A DNA stretch of 20,000 bases, from positions 46,001 through 66,000 of the IMG/VR virus record IMGVR_UViG_2684622675_000002. The stretch is one strand, 5' to 3'. Position 1 is the stretch's first letter. The number at the start of each line of letters is the position of its first letter. The translations under genes and the position numbers were made by a program. Below are positions 7,165 to 17,583 of the stretch, in pieces. The notes beneath the pieces are model-generated. The model searched no databases. It was not told the DNA's origin and saw only the letters and a program-made list of their open reading frames with translations. This DNA comes from an uncultured virus (IMG/VR IMGVR_UViG_2684622675_000002). Lineage: Duplodnaviria; Heunggongvirae; Uroviricota; Caudoviricetes.

Positions 7165-8556
7165 ATGGGCGTACAAGGTTTAGCGGACGGCTTTCTGGCG
7201 GGTTTCAACACGGCAGATCAGGCGATCAGTCGCAACCGCGAACTCGGACTGCGAGATGCTGCTCAGCAGCAACAGATTAAAGACTCTGACCGTAACTATG
7301 GTCTGGCGAAAGAACAGATTGATTGGCGTAAAGAGACTGACAACCGTGACCACCAATACAAGTCGCAACGCGATAGCGTAGGTGATGAACAGTGGAATAA
7401 GAACTATGGTTTGGCGCAGGCCAACCAACGTACAGCAAATGCCAGCTTAGGCATGCGGGCGCAGGAACTCAACATGAGGAACAGTGAATTTAACTTCCAA
7501 CGTTCTCAGGCTGAACGCCAGCAGCGTATGCAAGAAGAAATGCCAGTTGTCCAAGCGCTCTACAAACAGATTGAAACCACTGGGCAGGTTGATCCTCAAT
7601 TGTATGGACAAATTTCAAAGGATAATCCGCTACATCCGTCCCGCTTCTTTGGTCAGGGAGCAATTGATAACGTCATAGAAATTAACCAGATTATGCCGAA
7701 GGTGCTTTCGGGGGAAATAAACTACAACGATCCGAAAGTATTAAAAACAATGAATACTGTGCTGGCCCCTTATATTGAGCGCAATATTGATGAAGTCGAT
7801 CCGGAGTCAGGGAAGAAAATTAAGAGCAAAGAGCTGGCCCATATTGGTATCAGTGAAGATGGCAAGTTTGTTATTCCCGGACTGAAAGTTACCTACAGCG
7901 ATGGCTCCACCGCGAACAAACCAATGACTCAATTCGGCTCAGCGGATGTGAATGATAACCAGGTGGCAAAAATCCCTATTGATGAGTTTATGAATAAGGT
8001 AAGGGGTTACAGCCAGATGGTAGGGCAACTTAACCAGCCAGATCGGGCCAAGTTTGTTGGCAATATGGTTAACCCGCCAGATAAAGCCGCCATGCGTCAG
8101 GAAAGTGAGGGCTATCGCAAAGAGCTGCTGGATATCAGCAAGGATGAAGGTAAGCAGCTGGCCGCGTTAAATAAAGATGGCGCGATGATGGATGAGAAGC
8201 AACTGGCCACCGCAAAACAGGAAATTAAGAGCAACTCTGAGCAACGCCGTCAGCAAGCTTCTGAACTCTATGGTGTTGGTGGGAGCCGTGGTTCTCAGAA
8301 TCAATCCGGCATTGACCCAGCTGAATTGGAAGCATTTGCGGGGGAGTACCAAAAAGAATTTGGTGAAGCCCCTGATCTGAACAACCCACAGGATCAGCAG
8401 GTCTTTATGGCATGGAAACAACTGCGACAGCAGACACCGCAAGGGAAAGATCAGCCCCAGAGTACACCGCCCAGCATAGTTCAAAATGCTCCAACAGATA
8501 ATAGCAATACTGCTCAGCAGTTGAGGGAAATGCAGCGATTATCAGCTAAGAGATAA
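7165..8556 (+). CDS. Phage ejection/DNA transfer protein, 463 aa, Gln-rich coiled coil
   Basis: AAGGA RBS; GLADGFLAGF N-terminus; position between the small ejection genes and the giant gene. Confidence 0.75.
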   Translation: MGVQGLADGFLAGFNTADQAISRNRELGLRDAAQQQQIKDSDRNYGLAKEQIDWRKETDNRDHQYKSQRDSVGDEQWNKNYGLAQANQRTANASLGMRAQELNMRNSEFNFQRSQAERQQRMQEEMPVVQALYKQIETTGQVDPQLYGQISKDNPLHPSRFFGQGAIDNVIEINQIMPKVLSGEINYNDPKVLKTMNTVLAPYIERNIDEVDPESGKKIKSKELAHIGISEDGKFVIPGLKVTYSDGSTANKPMTQFGSADVNDNQVAKIPIDEFMNKVRGYSQMVGQLNQPDRAKFVGNMVNPPDKAAMRQESEGYRKELLDISKDEGKQLAALNKDGAMMDEKQLATAKQEIKSNSEQRRQQASELYGVGGSRGSQNQSGIDPAELEAFAGEYQKEFGEAPDLNNPQDQQVFMAWKQLRQQTPQGKDQPQSTPPSIVQNAPTDNSNTAQQLREMQRLSAKR

Positions 8557-8615
8557 TTAATAGTTTAAGCCCCGTTAGCTAATTATTGCTGAACTAGCAC
8601 CTACAGGGCAATGTT

Positions 8616-9446
8616 TTAACCTGAACGAACACTCTTTAAGATTAAATTATTGCGTGATAATAAATTCTTCTGTGACATAATCATGCGTGATATATCTAAT
8701 GTTATTTTCTTAAAGCTCTGAGTGTCACTGACATCATTGTATTTGTTGGCTAGTGTAATTATATCTTCGCAAGCTTTTAGTATTAATTTGTGATGGTCAT
8801 ATTCTTGAGATACTTCATCTTTTTTAACACTTAGACTATGTTCAAGTCTTATTAACTCTTCTTTTTTCTCTTTTATTTCATTATCCAATTGGATGATGGA
8901 ATCACTCATGACCTGATGTTTTTCTTTTAATGTACTTATGTCCATTTCACTCTTGGCTTCAATTGCATCAAGATCCGCTTGGTTTTTCTTATTGATGAGT
9001 TCAATTTCCGCTTTATGTTCTGTTTGCACTAATTCTTTTTTGTGTTGAATTCTTGTGTTTTCTTCTAAAGTGGCGTTTTCTGATTTTGCTTTTATTTCAG
9101 CCAAATCAATGAGGTCCTCATATTCCCTTAGTTTGTTGAATTTTTCACGTTCCCTTTTTAGCTCTATCGCTTTAGGATGTTTTCTGTCGATCCATCCCTG
9201 AGCGTATGGATAAATTATAGCTAGTGAAACTCCTATTAAAACCGGAAGTAATAAATAACAAAAGTAATTCAATAAGGTAGAATTACTTATTATTTTTATT
9301 CTTTCCTCAATTGTTCTTTCACTGAATAAGACAAAGAGAATATTTGACCAGTTGGCCGCAAACCAACTTAGAAGTATGAATCCAAACAAAGGACTATCAA
9401 GCCTTTTTGATATGGAATTTTTTACCGAGTTGGTTATTTCTTCCAT
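8616..9446 (-). CDS. Moron: two-TM membrane protein with long C-terminal coiled coil, 276 aa
   Basis: AT-rich, opposite strand to the late genes; RLDSPLFGFILLSW..NW N-terminal TM region, then a Glu/Lys-rich helical region. Confidence 0.8.
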   Translation of the reverse strand: MEEITNSVKNSISKRLDSPLFGFILLSWFAANWSNILFVLFSERTIEERIKIISNSTLLNYFCYLLLPVLIGVSLAIIYPYAQGWIDRKHPKAIELKREREKFNKLREYEDLIDLAEIKAKSENATLEENTRIQHKKELVQTEHKAEIELINKKNQADLDAIEAKSEMDISTLKEKHQVMSDSIIQLDNEIKEKKEELIRLEHSLSVKKDEVSQEYDHHKLILKACEDIITLANKYNDVSDTQSFKKITLDISRMIMSQKNLLSRNNLILKSVRSG

Positions 9447-9534
9447 TTTTATCCTGTCTTTTTTATAAAAGTATTGCGTCTGCTGTTTTATTTGCGTGTA
9501 ATTTCAATGTTAAGGTTAATTTTATGTCCCAACT

Positions 9535-10014
9535 CTACAAATTCATTTTTCCATAAACACCTTCAACCTGGCAGGAATCACCATCATCAAATGTCAGTGT
9601 ACCGCTTGAGCCGAAGGTAATCTTGAGAATGGCGTTGTCTGCCAGCGCTAAATTCAAGCACATAGAGGTTATAATAAAATTGTCTGTACCAAAAATATTG
9701 TACAATTTATCATCTTCTCGACTCACTTGTACTTCATATGTTCCCGTGTTCAAATTAACCGGCTCTAGGATTCTCTGAACATCGCACGAGTCCTTGCTAT
9801 CTATAAATATTAACTTGTCGCTGTACCCTTCAGTACGAAGGTAAGCATCTTCTGAATAAGCATAGGTGTAGCAGTACCTGGTGTGAATCAGTGTATTTTT
9901 ACCATCGATTACATAAAGATTGCTGTCTTTTCGGGTTACTGATACTTCGTATGTTGCTGCTGTGGTAGAGAAAGATATAGAGATCAGATAGATGAGAACA
10001 TACAACGTACGCAT
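9535..10014 (-). CDS. Moron: exported protein with two internal repeats, each with a Cys pair (probable start MRTLYV at 10014)
   Basis: Signal peptide ending TTA-A; repeats YEVSVTRKDSNLY..C..C and YEVQVSREDDKLY..C..C. Confidence 0.75.
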   Translation of the reverse strand: MRTLYVLIYLISISFSTTAATYEVSVTRKDSNLYVIDGKNTLIHTRYCYTYAYSEDAYLRTEGYSDKLIFIDSKDSCDVQRILEPVNLNTGTYEVQVSREDDKLYNIFGTDNFIITSMCLNLALADNAILKITFGSSGTLTFDDGDSCQVEGVYGKMNL

Positions 10015-10147
10015 TTTTAGCATTTCCTTTACCAAAAGTAGTAATTAAGTTGTTAATTATTATTATCAATTCAACGTAAAAGTCATGAACGACAGAATTA
10101 TAGACCTTGTTGGGAATCTGTAACGTGCTAAATTACAGAAAGATGCC

Positions 10148-10176
10148 AAGCCTCACTTTTTAGTGGGGCTTTTTTT
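10148..10176 (+). terminator. Intrinsic terminator-like hairpin upstream of the giant gene
   Basis: AAGCCTCACT-TTTT-AGTGGGGCTT followed by a T run. Confidence 0.7.
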
Positions 10177-10201
10177 ATGCCTAAAATTTGGAGTCTATTA
10201 G

Positions 10202-13200
10202 ATGACTTACGATCCGCAACAGCAACGTCCAGAAGAACAAACAACTAACAACAATCGTGAAACACTCAATATCCAGCAGCCCGGTGAAAATGCGAATACG
10301 GGGTTCGACTGGGGTGCCGTCAGGGAAGCGCGTGAGGCTGCTGGACGGCAGTCAAAAACTCCACAGGCCAATGATCCAAGCGTAGGTTTAAAAGATGTAC
10401 TCCTTTCTGTGGCCGCAGCTCCAACTGATATTATCAGCGGCAATGCTCAACTGTTTAAGGCTGGCAATCAGCTTTTGGATGATAAAGCATCAGAATATCG
10501 AAGTGGTGAAAAGAAACCGCTGATAGATATTCCGGTTAGTCCTGAAATGTTGAAGGTGATGCGAGACAGTGGCGGTAACTCTTTGTCGCGCGTGGGTAAT
10601 GCTTTCATTGATGGAGTGGGTGAGCTTGCTCAAAGCGCTTCGAAAGAAATCAAAAGCCATTTTAGTGAGGGGGCCAAAGAGGCCGCTGCAATGGACTTTA
10701 TCAATTTTGAGCGAGATAAAAATAAGAATGTGACTGGGATTAAAGTAGGGGCTGGCCTATTTGATAAAGATGCGTGGATGATTAATGCTATACCATCAAT
10801 ATCGCAGATGTTTTTAACGGCAAGTGGTGCAAAGCTAGGGGCTAACGCTGTAGAGAGGATGGTTGAAAAGGGAACTTACAACCGTTTAATTAAGGTACTT
10901 CCTGAAGATGCGGCAAGGGCCGCAGCAAAAGAAACTGCTCAGATAGCAAAAAGAAGAGCTCAAGTAACTGGCTTTGTTGGGGTTTCAGCGGGTACCGCTC
11001 AAGGGCAAGGCGGCATTGATATGCGCGAAGAGACTAACTCCATCCCCTTTGATCAATTATTCGAAAGCACAACATTCCAAAAAGCGTTTGCTGATATTGA
11101 TAGCGATCCCTCTAATTCCTCATTAACTGACACACAAAAATTAACCTTGGCTCGAAGCCAGGTTGCAGAACAAGCTGCTAATAGTGTTACTGCCGATCCT
11201 CGGATGCTGGCTATTAATATTGCCGCTTCTACATTGGGGGATCATACCTTAGCAAAATTGCTTACTAAAAAGATGGCAACTAAAAGTGTTATTTCTAGTG
11301 CGGCGACGGGAACCTTCGCGGAAGGCAGTACTGAGTTTGCTCAAGGTGCCTCCCAGCGTTATGTCCAGAATCAGCAATTAATTAACACCGCAGGCCAAAA
11401 AATTGACCCGATGAAAGATGTTTTTGAAACAGGGGCGAACAATGCAATTGTAGGGGGTGGCATTGGTATGGGGGCCGGTACTGTCGGTGGCATTCGAGGC
11501 CGTAAATCAGCAGCAGAAACCACACCCGAAACTCCAGTTGATGCTGAGGGTTCGCCAGTATCTGAAAATATTGATCCAGCTATTCAGCCAGAAATGACAC
11601 CACAGGCAGAAAATCCGGCCTCTCCAGATGTGGCTGCACAGCAGAATTCAGTGAGTGAAAACGGTGTACCAAATTCCCAGATTGATGATTTCCGTGATAC
11701 CCCGGCTTACTTGCGCCAAGATCCTCGCGTGCAAGGCTTTGCTGATGATAGCGATGTTCAGCGTTCATTGGCCGAGCCAGAGGCACAGCCGACCACACAA
11801 GAGCTTATTCAACAGCAAATGGAGTCAGGGGATCAAGGTTTTACGCCTGATGAGTTAGCAATACTTGAGCAGGCTGACCAGATTCGGGCACAGAGAACGC
11901 CACGCCTACCAGCGCCCGGTAATATTCATCCAGGCGAAGGTTTCCCCATGCCGGGGCCAATTCAAGGGGATGAAACCCAAGCGGGTACCGCACCACAATT
12001 TACTGCTGGTGAGCAAGTCCGTGGCCCAATGTATTTGCCGAGAGAGCAGGCTGAGCAACAAGGTGCGGTGCGCGAAACCCATACCTACGATGGACAAACG
12101 GATCCGCAGGCTATTACCGATAAAAACATCATCTTTGCTGATGGACCGGTAGTTAATCCTGATGATGTCCAATCGGGGCAAGCGCCACAGTTTGAGGGTG
12201 GGCAGCGTAAAGATGTACGCCGCTTTACGAAGGCTATGGGTGGGCAGCCTGAAACCGCCATTACCGATCAGCGTCAGCGTGCTGGTGGTGTCCCTATAGA
12301 TGCTCACACCGAAGCTTATGCTAAAGGGGAAGCACTAGGTGAGTTGAGATTACATGCGGGCAAACCGTTCTCCAGTGAGAAAGTAGCCAGATTCACCAAG
12401 TGGGCCAAGATACCGGGGGCGGTGATTGAACCGGTTGGTGATGGCTTTGGTGTGCGATTGCCGCCTGAACCCACAACGGCTTACACAAAAACAGCGCCCT
12501 CAAATGAGGGCGTTGTTGCATCTGGTGTGCAGCTAACCGGTGAATTAAGACTGCATCTCGGCAAACCCTTCAACAGTGAGAAAGTCGCTAAGTATTCCAA
12601 ATGGGGCAAGATGCCGGGTGCCACGATTGAACCGGTAGGAAAGGGGTACGGTGTCCGATTGCCCGTACCTGAGCCAGCGGGGCAAGCCAAAATCAGGGAC
12701 GCAAAAATTGATGATTTTGGTGAGGAACTTAAGGGGGCGGCGAAGCATAAATGGGGCCAGTTGGCAGAGTCACTGAAAGCCGATCATGATATTGAAGAAA
12801 TCAAAAAACAGCCCCTTTCTAAACTGTTCCCACATCCTGATTACAGCAAAATGCATGAGAGTGGAATTGAATCAGACAAGCTTGCTTTGCTTGCGGCATT
12901 ACGCTCGATTATCCCAACCAAACCCAGCTCTCCATATAAAGTAAACCAATGGGCAGAACAAGTGAAAGGGGTTCGATCTATCGCCAATAGCCTTATGGGG
13001 GGCAATATCAGCGTTGCCGATATTAAAGCTCACTTTCAACGTAGCAAAACCACCTTAAACGCTGTAGCGGATAAGGTCGATTTAATCTCACAATTTAAAC
13101 CAGAGCAGATGGCCGAAGCATCGAAGTACTCAATTAGATCCGGCCATTACACCTACTTTGATGGCAAGAGTTATCCCGGCGGGAAAACCCTATATGAGCT

Positions 13201-15614
13201 GATTACCCCTAGAGGGATGAAAACTGATATTTCAGCGGGTTCAATGTCTGAGCTATTAGTCAAAGCCAAGGCATTTATTGAGGCCAAGATTAATAGTGAT
13301 AAAGGGGAAGTCGCGCCTAAACAGGCTCAGTTAGCACCTAAACAGGCTAAGTTAGAGATCTATACCCGACGGGCAGATAAGAGTGTGTTTATTGGCTACA
13401 AAGGGGCCATGGGCGTTTTACCGCTTAAAGCTGGCTTCAAAACACCTACCGAAGCACGCGCTTATCTGGCAGAAAATCGCGCTGAAATAGAAGCCAAACT
13501 AGATAAATTACGCAAAATATCGCGAGAGGAACAACGCAAATTAACCAACGAACCCCGGATAGGAATCGAACGCCGTAAGGGCAATGTGACGCCTGAACAA
13601 TTTAGTGATGCATTTGGCTTTAGAGGGGTACAGTTTGGTAACTATGTCGAAGGGGCACGTCGTCAATCTGAATTGAACGATACCTATGACTCATTGATTG
13701 ATATGGCCGAATTACTGAATGTGCCACCCAAAGCACTCTCTCTCAATGGTGAATTGGGCCTGGCATTTGGCGCACGGGGTAAGGGCGGAGCCAAAGCACA
13801 CTATGAGCCGGTGCAAGTGGTTATCAATCTAACCAAAGGTAATGGCGCTGGCTCACTGGCACATGAGTGGTTCCATGCACTGGATAACTATTTTGGTACC
13901 TTTGATGTACATGGCGAGGCGTCCGGTAAGCGGTCCTCCGAATTTATTACCGATCGTAGACGTTCGCGTTATGAGTTTAGCAGTGGTAAAAGGCAAGAGA
14001 TTACTCATCCAGTCAGGCAAGAGGTATATGACGCATTTAAGAGCGCAGTCAATAAAGTCACTAGTAGCGGAATGATGGCGCGGGCTGCACTGCTGGACGG
14101 TGGCCGAAGCAAAGCCTACTGGACGACTAAACTTGAAATGTCAGCGCGAGCATTTGAACGCTATCTGCTGGATAAAGCGCAGAGTAAAGGCATCACTAAC
14201 GATTATCTGGTGAACCTGCGCAAAGCTGACGAACATGCAAACCCTGAAACTTATGCTTACCCAACGGAAGCCGAATTAAACAGCGGTGTGCGTCAGGCTT
14301 TTGATCACCTATTCCAAACCATCAAAACCAAGCCAACCGATAAAGGTATCGCTTTCTATTCGCGTAAGGGTACTGACATTGGCAAAGGCAATGTGATTTC
14401 AGATACCGGTCATACTGCCGCTACCGGTGTGCTGGAGGTGATTGAATCACTGAACAAGATGGACTTTGAGCGTATCGGCAAAGATGTGGTGAAGGTGTTT
14501 ATGGATGGGCAGGAGAAGCTAGTGCAGGTCAATGATCCAGAACTGTATCGTGCCTTTACCATGATTGACCTTGAGCGTAGTAATTCCACCTTTATGAAGG
14601 CAGCACGCACGGCTAAAAAGGTGCTGACCGTCAGCACCACATCGATGCCTGATTTTATCATTCGTAACTTTATGCGCGATTCTATCCATTCATGGGCCAT
14701 TAACAAAGATGGCTTTAAACCGGTGACTGCCTCATGGGCCGGATTCAAAAAAGCGCTGCGCACTGATGATAGCCTGGTAGATATGATGTTTGCCGGTGCC
14801 ACTTTTGGTGGAGGTTATTCGAATGTTTATGATCCGGCATCTACAGCTAAAACCATTCGTAGTGTTCTACGGCGTAAAGGTTACAACGACAGTCAGATAC
14901 AAGAATTTGAGTCCTCAATTGTTCGTAGTAGTAAAGAGGTCATGGGCAAGGTTGAGCAAGGGTTACATAAATATAAGAACCTAAGTGAAGCAGCAGAGAA
15001 CGCCAACCGGCTGGCCACGTATGAAGCCGCCATTAAATCGGGAAAAAGTAAAGCGCAGGCGGCATTTGATGACCAGACTAGCCTGTTAATGCGTGAAATA
15101 GGTGAGGCGACCAATATGTCACCGAAGATGCTGGATCACATTGTGATGGGCTACACCGGCAGCTTAGGCAGCTATGTGATGGGCGCTACCAATCTGCTGA
15201 TGCGTAACCTGAAAGATTACGGCGAAACCCCGGCCATGCGTTTGGATGAACTGCCGGTGATTAAATCCTTCTTCCGGGGTTCAGATCCGGCCAAGTCTAC
15301 CCAGTTCACCGAAGATTTTTACCGCATGATGACCGAAGCCAACCAGATAAACAGCACTATTAACAGTTTCCGTAAGCAGGGGCGATGATGCCAATGAATT
15401 GATAGAGGAAAATAGAGGGAAATTATCGCAGCGTCAGGGGCTAACAGCGACTCAGAAACAAGTGAAAGCACTGAATGCCCAGATTGAGATGATGAGGCGG
15501 GACCGGATACTCACGGCGGATCAGAAAAGAGAAAAAATTGACCGACTGATGGCAACAAGAAATAAACTGGTACAGCAGGCGGTGGAAAGGGTGAATCCGT
15601 ATTTTAATAAGTGA
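10202..15614 (+). pseudogene. Large polyvalent virion/ejected protein (LPD5-, LPD1/zincin-like and LPD38-associated regions), frameshifted near 15384 and probably internally deleted
   Basis: 1728-aa ORF with DDFGEELKGAAKH, GVQFGNYV..AHEWFHALD and RNFMRDS..ENANRLA motifs. The C-terminus continues in another frame (GDDANELIEENRGKL...FNK, ORF 15399..15614). Confidence 0.8.
12338..12675 (+). repeat. Tandem ~45-aa repeated domain within the giant protein
   Basis: GELRLHAGKPFSSEKVARFTKWAKIPGAVIEPVGDGFGVRLP vs GELRLHLGKPFNSEKVAKYSKWGKMPGATIEPVGKGYGVRLP. Confidence 0.85.
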
Positions 15615-15620
15615 CTTAAA

Positions 15621-15642
15621 AGGGAGTTTGAAAGAACTCCCT
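15621..15642. terminator. Hairpin/terminator after the giant gene
   Basis: AGGGAGTT-TGAAAG-AACTCCCT between convergent genes. Confidence 0.65.
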
Positions 15643-15741
15643 AATTTATAAATCTTTGAGCAAGACAATGTTGCCGCACTTATAGATGGCTTGAATTGCC
15701 AACGCAAAAGTGGTCTCATCTGGAGGGCACAACTCTATGAA

Positions 15742-16266
15742 TCAACCAATTTTCCAGAATGGACGGGTGCAAATATTTTTTACATTCCAATACTTAACTG
15801 GGTTCTTCGCATGATTTTTGATTACATCATCGGGGTTTACTGATGCATCCGGGATGAAGTCTGCAGGGACCTGAATGGCTTGGCTTCCCGAGGCGACATA
15901 ATAATACTTCCCTGCTTCCGGAATGAGTGACGAATGGGAGTTTCGAATATATCCTCCCCCTTGATTTTTGATCTGCGAAACAGAGTATAGGACATTGGGT
16001 TTTATCTTACTAACGACTACATTACCCTTAGCTTGAAAGATATTTGAGTCAAGTTCATAGCGATCAGACATATCGTAGCAATTGCTTTGGTTGTTGAACG
16101 TGTAAGAACCTAGATAGATGGTGCCTACATTTCCCTCCCTGTTAAGTACATACAACGTCGCAGCATCGCTTCCAGTGTAGTCTTTGTAATCAAGAGGTAA
16201 TACTTTAGCGCACCCTGTAAGCCCCAGAGAGATTGCAGCTACGATGACGGTTTTATTTAATTTCAT
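15742..16266 (-). CDS. Lipoprotein moron, 174 aa (start MKLNKT)
   Basis: AAGGA RBS before the ATG at 16266; signal peptide with lipobox LTGC. Confidence 0.85.
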   Translation of the reverse strand: MKLNKTVIVAAISLGLTGCAKVLPLDYKDYTGSDAATLYVLNREGNVGTIYLGSYTFNNQSNCYDMSDRYELDSNIFQAKGNVVVSKIKPNVLYSVSQIKNQGGGYIRNSHSSLIPEAGKYYYVASGSQAIQVPADFIPDASVNPDDVIKNHAKNPVKYWNVKNICTRPFWKIG

Positions 16267-16428
16267 ATCGTCCTTTATTGTGTGTAAGTTCGTTGCCCAT
16301 GTTAAATACAATAATTAGCAGATAGGTGCATTATCGGCTGTATTTGTTTTTTCTTCAATCATATCAATGTCCTTTCTTCGCCGATTGTCAGATTGAGTGG
16401 CTACTAATCCATGTTGCAGCATCAATAA

Positions 16429-16509
16429 TTATTTGAGAGCATCTTTAACGATGACGAACAGAACCAATAGCAGAATAAATCCGATAATCCCTAAAATGAT
16501 GCTGGCATT
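16429..16509 (-). pseudogene. 3' remnant of a small membrane protein gene, paralogue of 19788..20000
   Basis: Translates NASIILGIIGFILLLVLFVIVKDALK* vs NTSIILGIIGFILLLVLFVIVNHALK*; 16383-16509 aligns with 19742-19868. Confidence 0.85.
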
Positions 16510-16642
16510 CTAACCTCAGAACAGAAACGAGAAAGAATCGACAGAATGATGGCAACCAGAAATAAACTGGTACAGCAGGCGGTGGAAAGAGTGAATCCGT
16601 ATTTTAATAAGTAAATTGAAAGGGAGTTTGGAAAGACTCCCT
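16507..16642 (+). pseudogene. Second, diverged copy of the giant gene 3' end plus its terminator hairpin
   Basis: ILTSEQKRERIDRMMATRNKLVQQAVERVNPYFNK* (16507-16614) vs ILTADQKREKIDRLMATRNKLVQQAVERVNPYFNK* (15507-15614); hairpin AGGGAGT...ACTCCCT at 16621-16642. Confidence 0.9.
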
Positions 16643-16726
16643 GATTTGTTAGTTTTTGGGTAAAGTATCTGCAGGAATCATGGCAGCGCGTGTGGTGAGC
16701 TTTATTTTTTTTGAAACGGAGTACCA

Positions 16727-17380
16727 GTGAAGAAAGAAAAAGGTATTTCTAAGTACAAGTTGAATCAAATCGCTACAGAATCTTTGAGGAATACTATCCG
16801 GCTTCACTTTGACTCAGTGCTGCTTTATGAGAACGGATCGTATCCAAGTGCATTTCAACTTTCGGTCTTGGCTCTTGAAGAGTTCTCAAAGGCCAATTGG
16901 GTGGACCACTATATTTGGTCATCTGAAACCAATGGAGGATACCCAGATATTGAATTCGAGCAGGAGTGGTTAAGGCTTCTGTATCTACACCCAAAGAAGC
17001 AATGGAACTTTGTAGCAAGAGAAACAAATGATTACTCTCCAAAGTTTATTTCTCTGATTCAGAACAGAAAGCTAGAAGAAAAAAAGCAAAATGCTATATA
17101 TGTCGGCTTATCGCGCACAAAAGGAAAAATTGATACAGATAGTCGAGTTTCTACCCCTTTGAAAATTAAACAAAAAGATGCTAAGCAGTTTATTTCAATA
17201 ATCAATGATGAGCTACTTAGAATATGCACTCGTATTGAAGATAACGAATATTACTTCGAAGGCGGGGAAAATATGGACGAAGTGTTCGACTATGAGATTT
17301 ATAAAAAACTTTTGAAATGGCCTCACAAGAGTGGAATATATAATAATGGCTGGAGAAAGAAAAACCACCTACGAAACTAA
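16727..17380 (+). CDS. abiV: AbiV-family HEPN abortive infection protein
   Basis: N..RL..D..LLY..GSY.SA..LSVLALEEFSK, H..K (LHPKKQ) and KQNAIYV motifs match the HEPN_AbiV pattern; GGAG RBS before a GTG start. Confidence 0.8.
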   Translation: MKKEKGISKYKLNQIATESLRNTIRLHFDSVLLYENGSYPSAFQLSVLALEEFSKANWVDHYIWSSETNGGYPDIEFEQEWLRLLYLHPKKQWNFVARETNDYSPKFISLIQNRKLEEKKQNAIYVGLSRTKGKIDTDSRVSTPLKIKQKDAKQFISIINDELLRICTRIEDNEYYFEGGENMDEVFDYEIYKKLLKWPHKSGIYNNGWRKKNHLRN

Positions 17381-17433
17381 CAAACGCATGCTGCGAGTTG
17401 GTTTTCCGCTGTGCAGCCAAATCAGCTACAAAT
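17375..17433 (+). other. Degenerate, right-truncated integron attC-like site
   Basis: The stop codon sits within AACTAAC (R''-like), followed by AAACGCATG and the imperfect stem AGTTGGTTT...AAATCAGCT; no GTTRRRY R' box. Confidence 0.5.
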
Positions 17434-17583
17434 TAGTGATTTCAAGATAATCGATTGAAATAAAGGTAGATCAGCATTAATTTGAGATGAGTAAAAATCA
17501 TGAAAGAAGACAGGAAAATGTTCGTCGTGCTGACCCCGAGTCTCCTATTGAATTGTTATCCCTCATTAAGGATTTGCATATAA

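Noticed and set aside
15399..15614. Independent 71-aa gene
   Set aside because: The frame continues upstream (GDDANE) to the frameshift point; it is the giant protein's C-terminus.
15507..16642. The exact 1000-bp offset duplication as an assembly artefact
   Set aside because: The copies differ by many synonymous and conservative changes and there is no N, so they look like true paralogous alleles.
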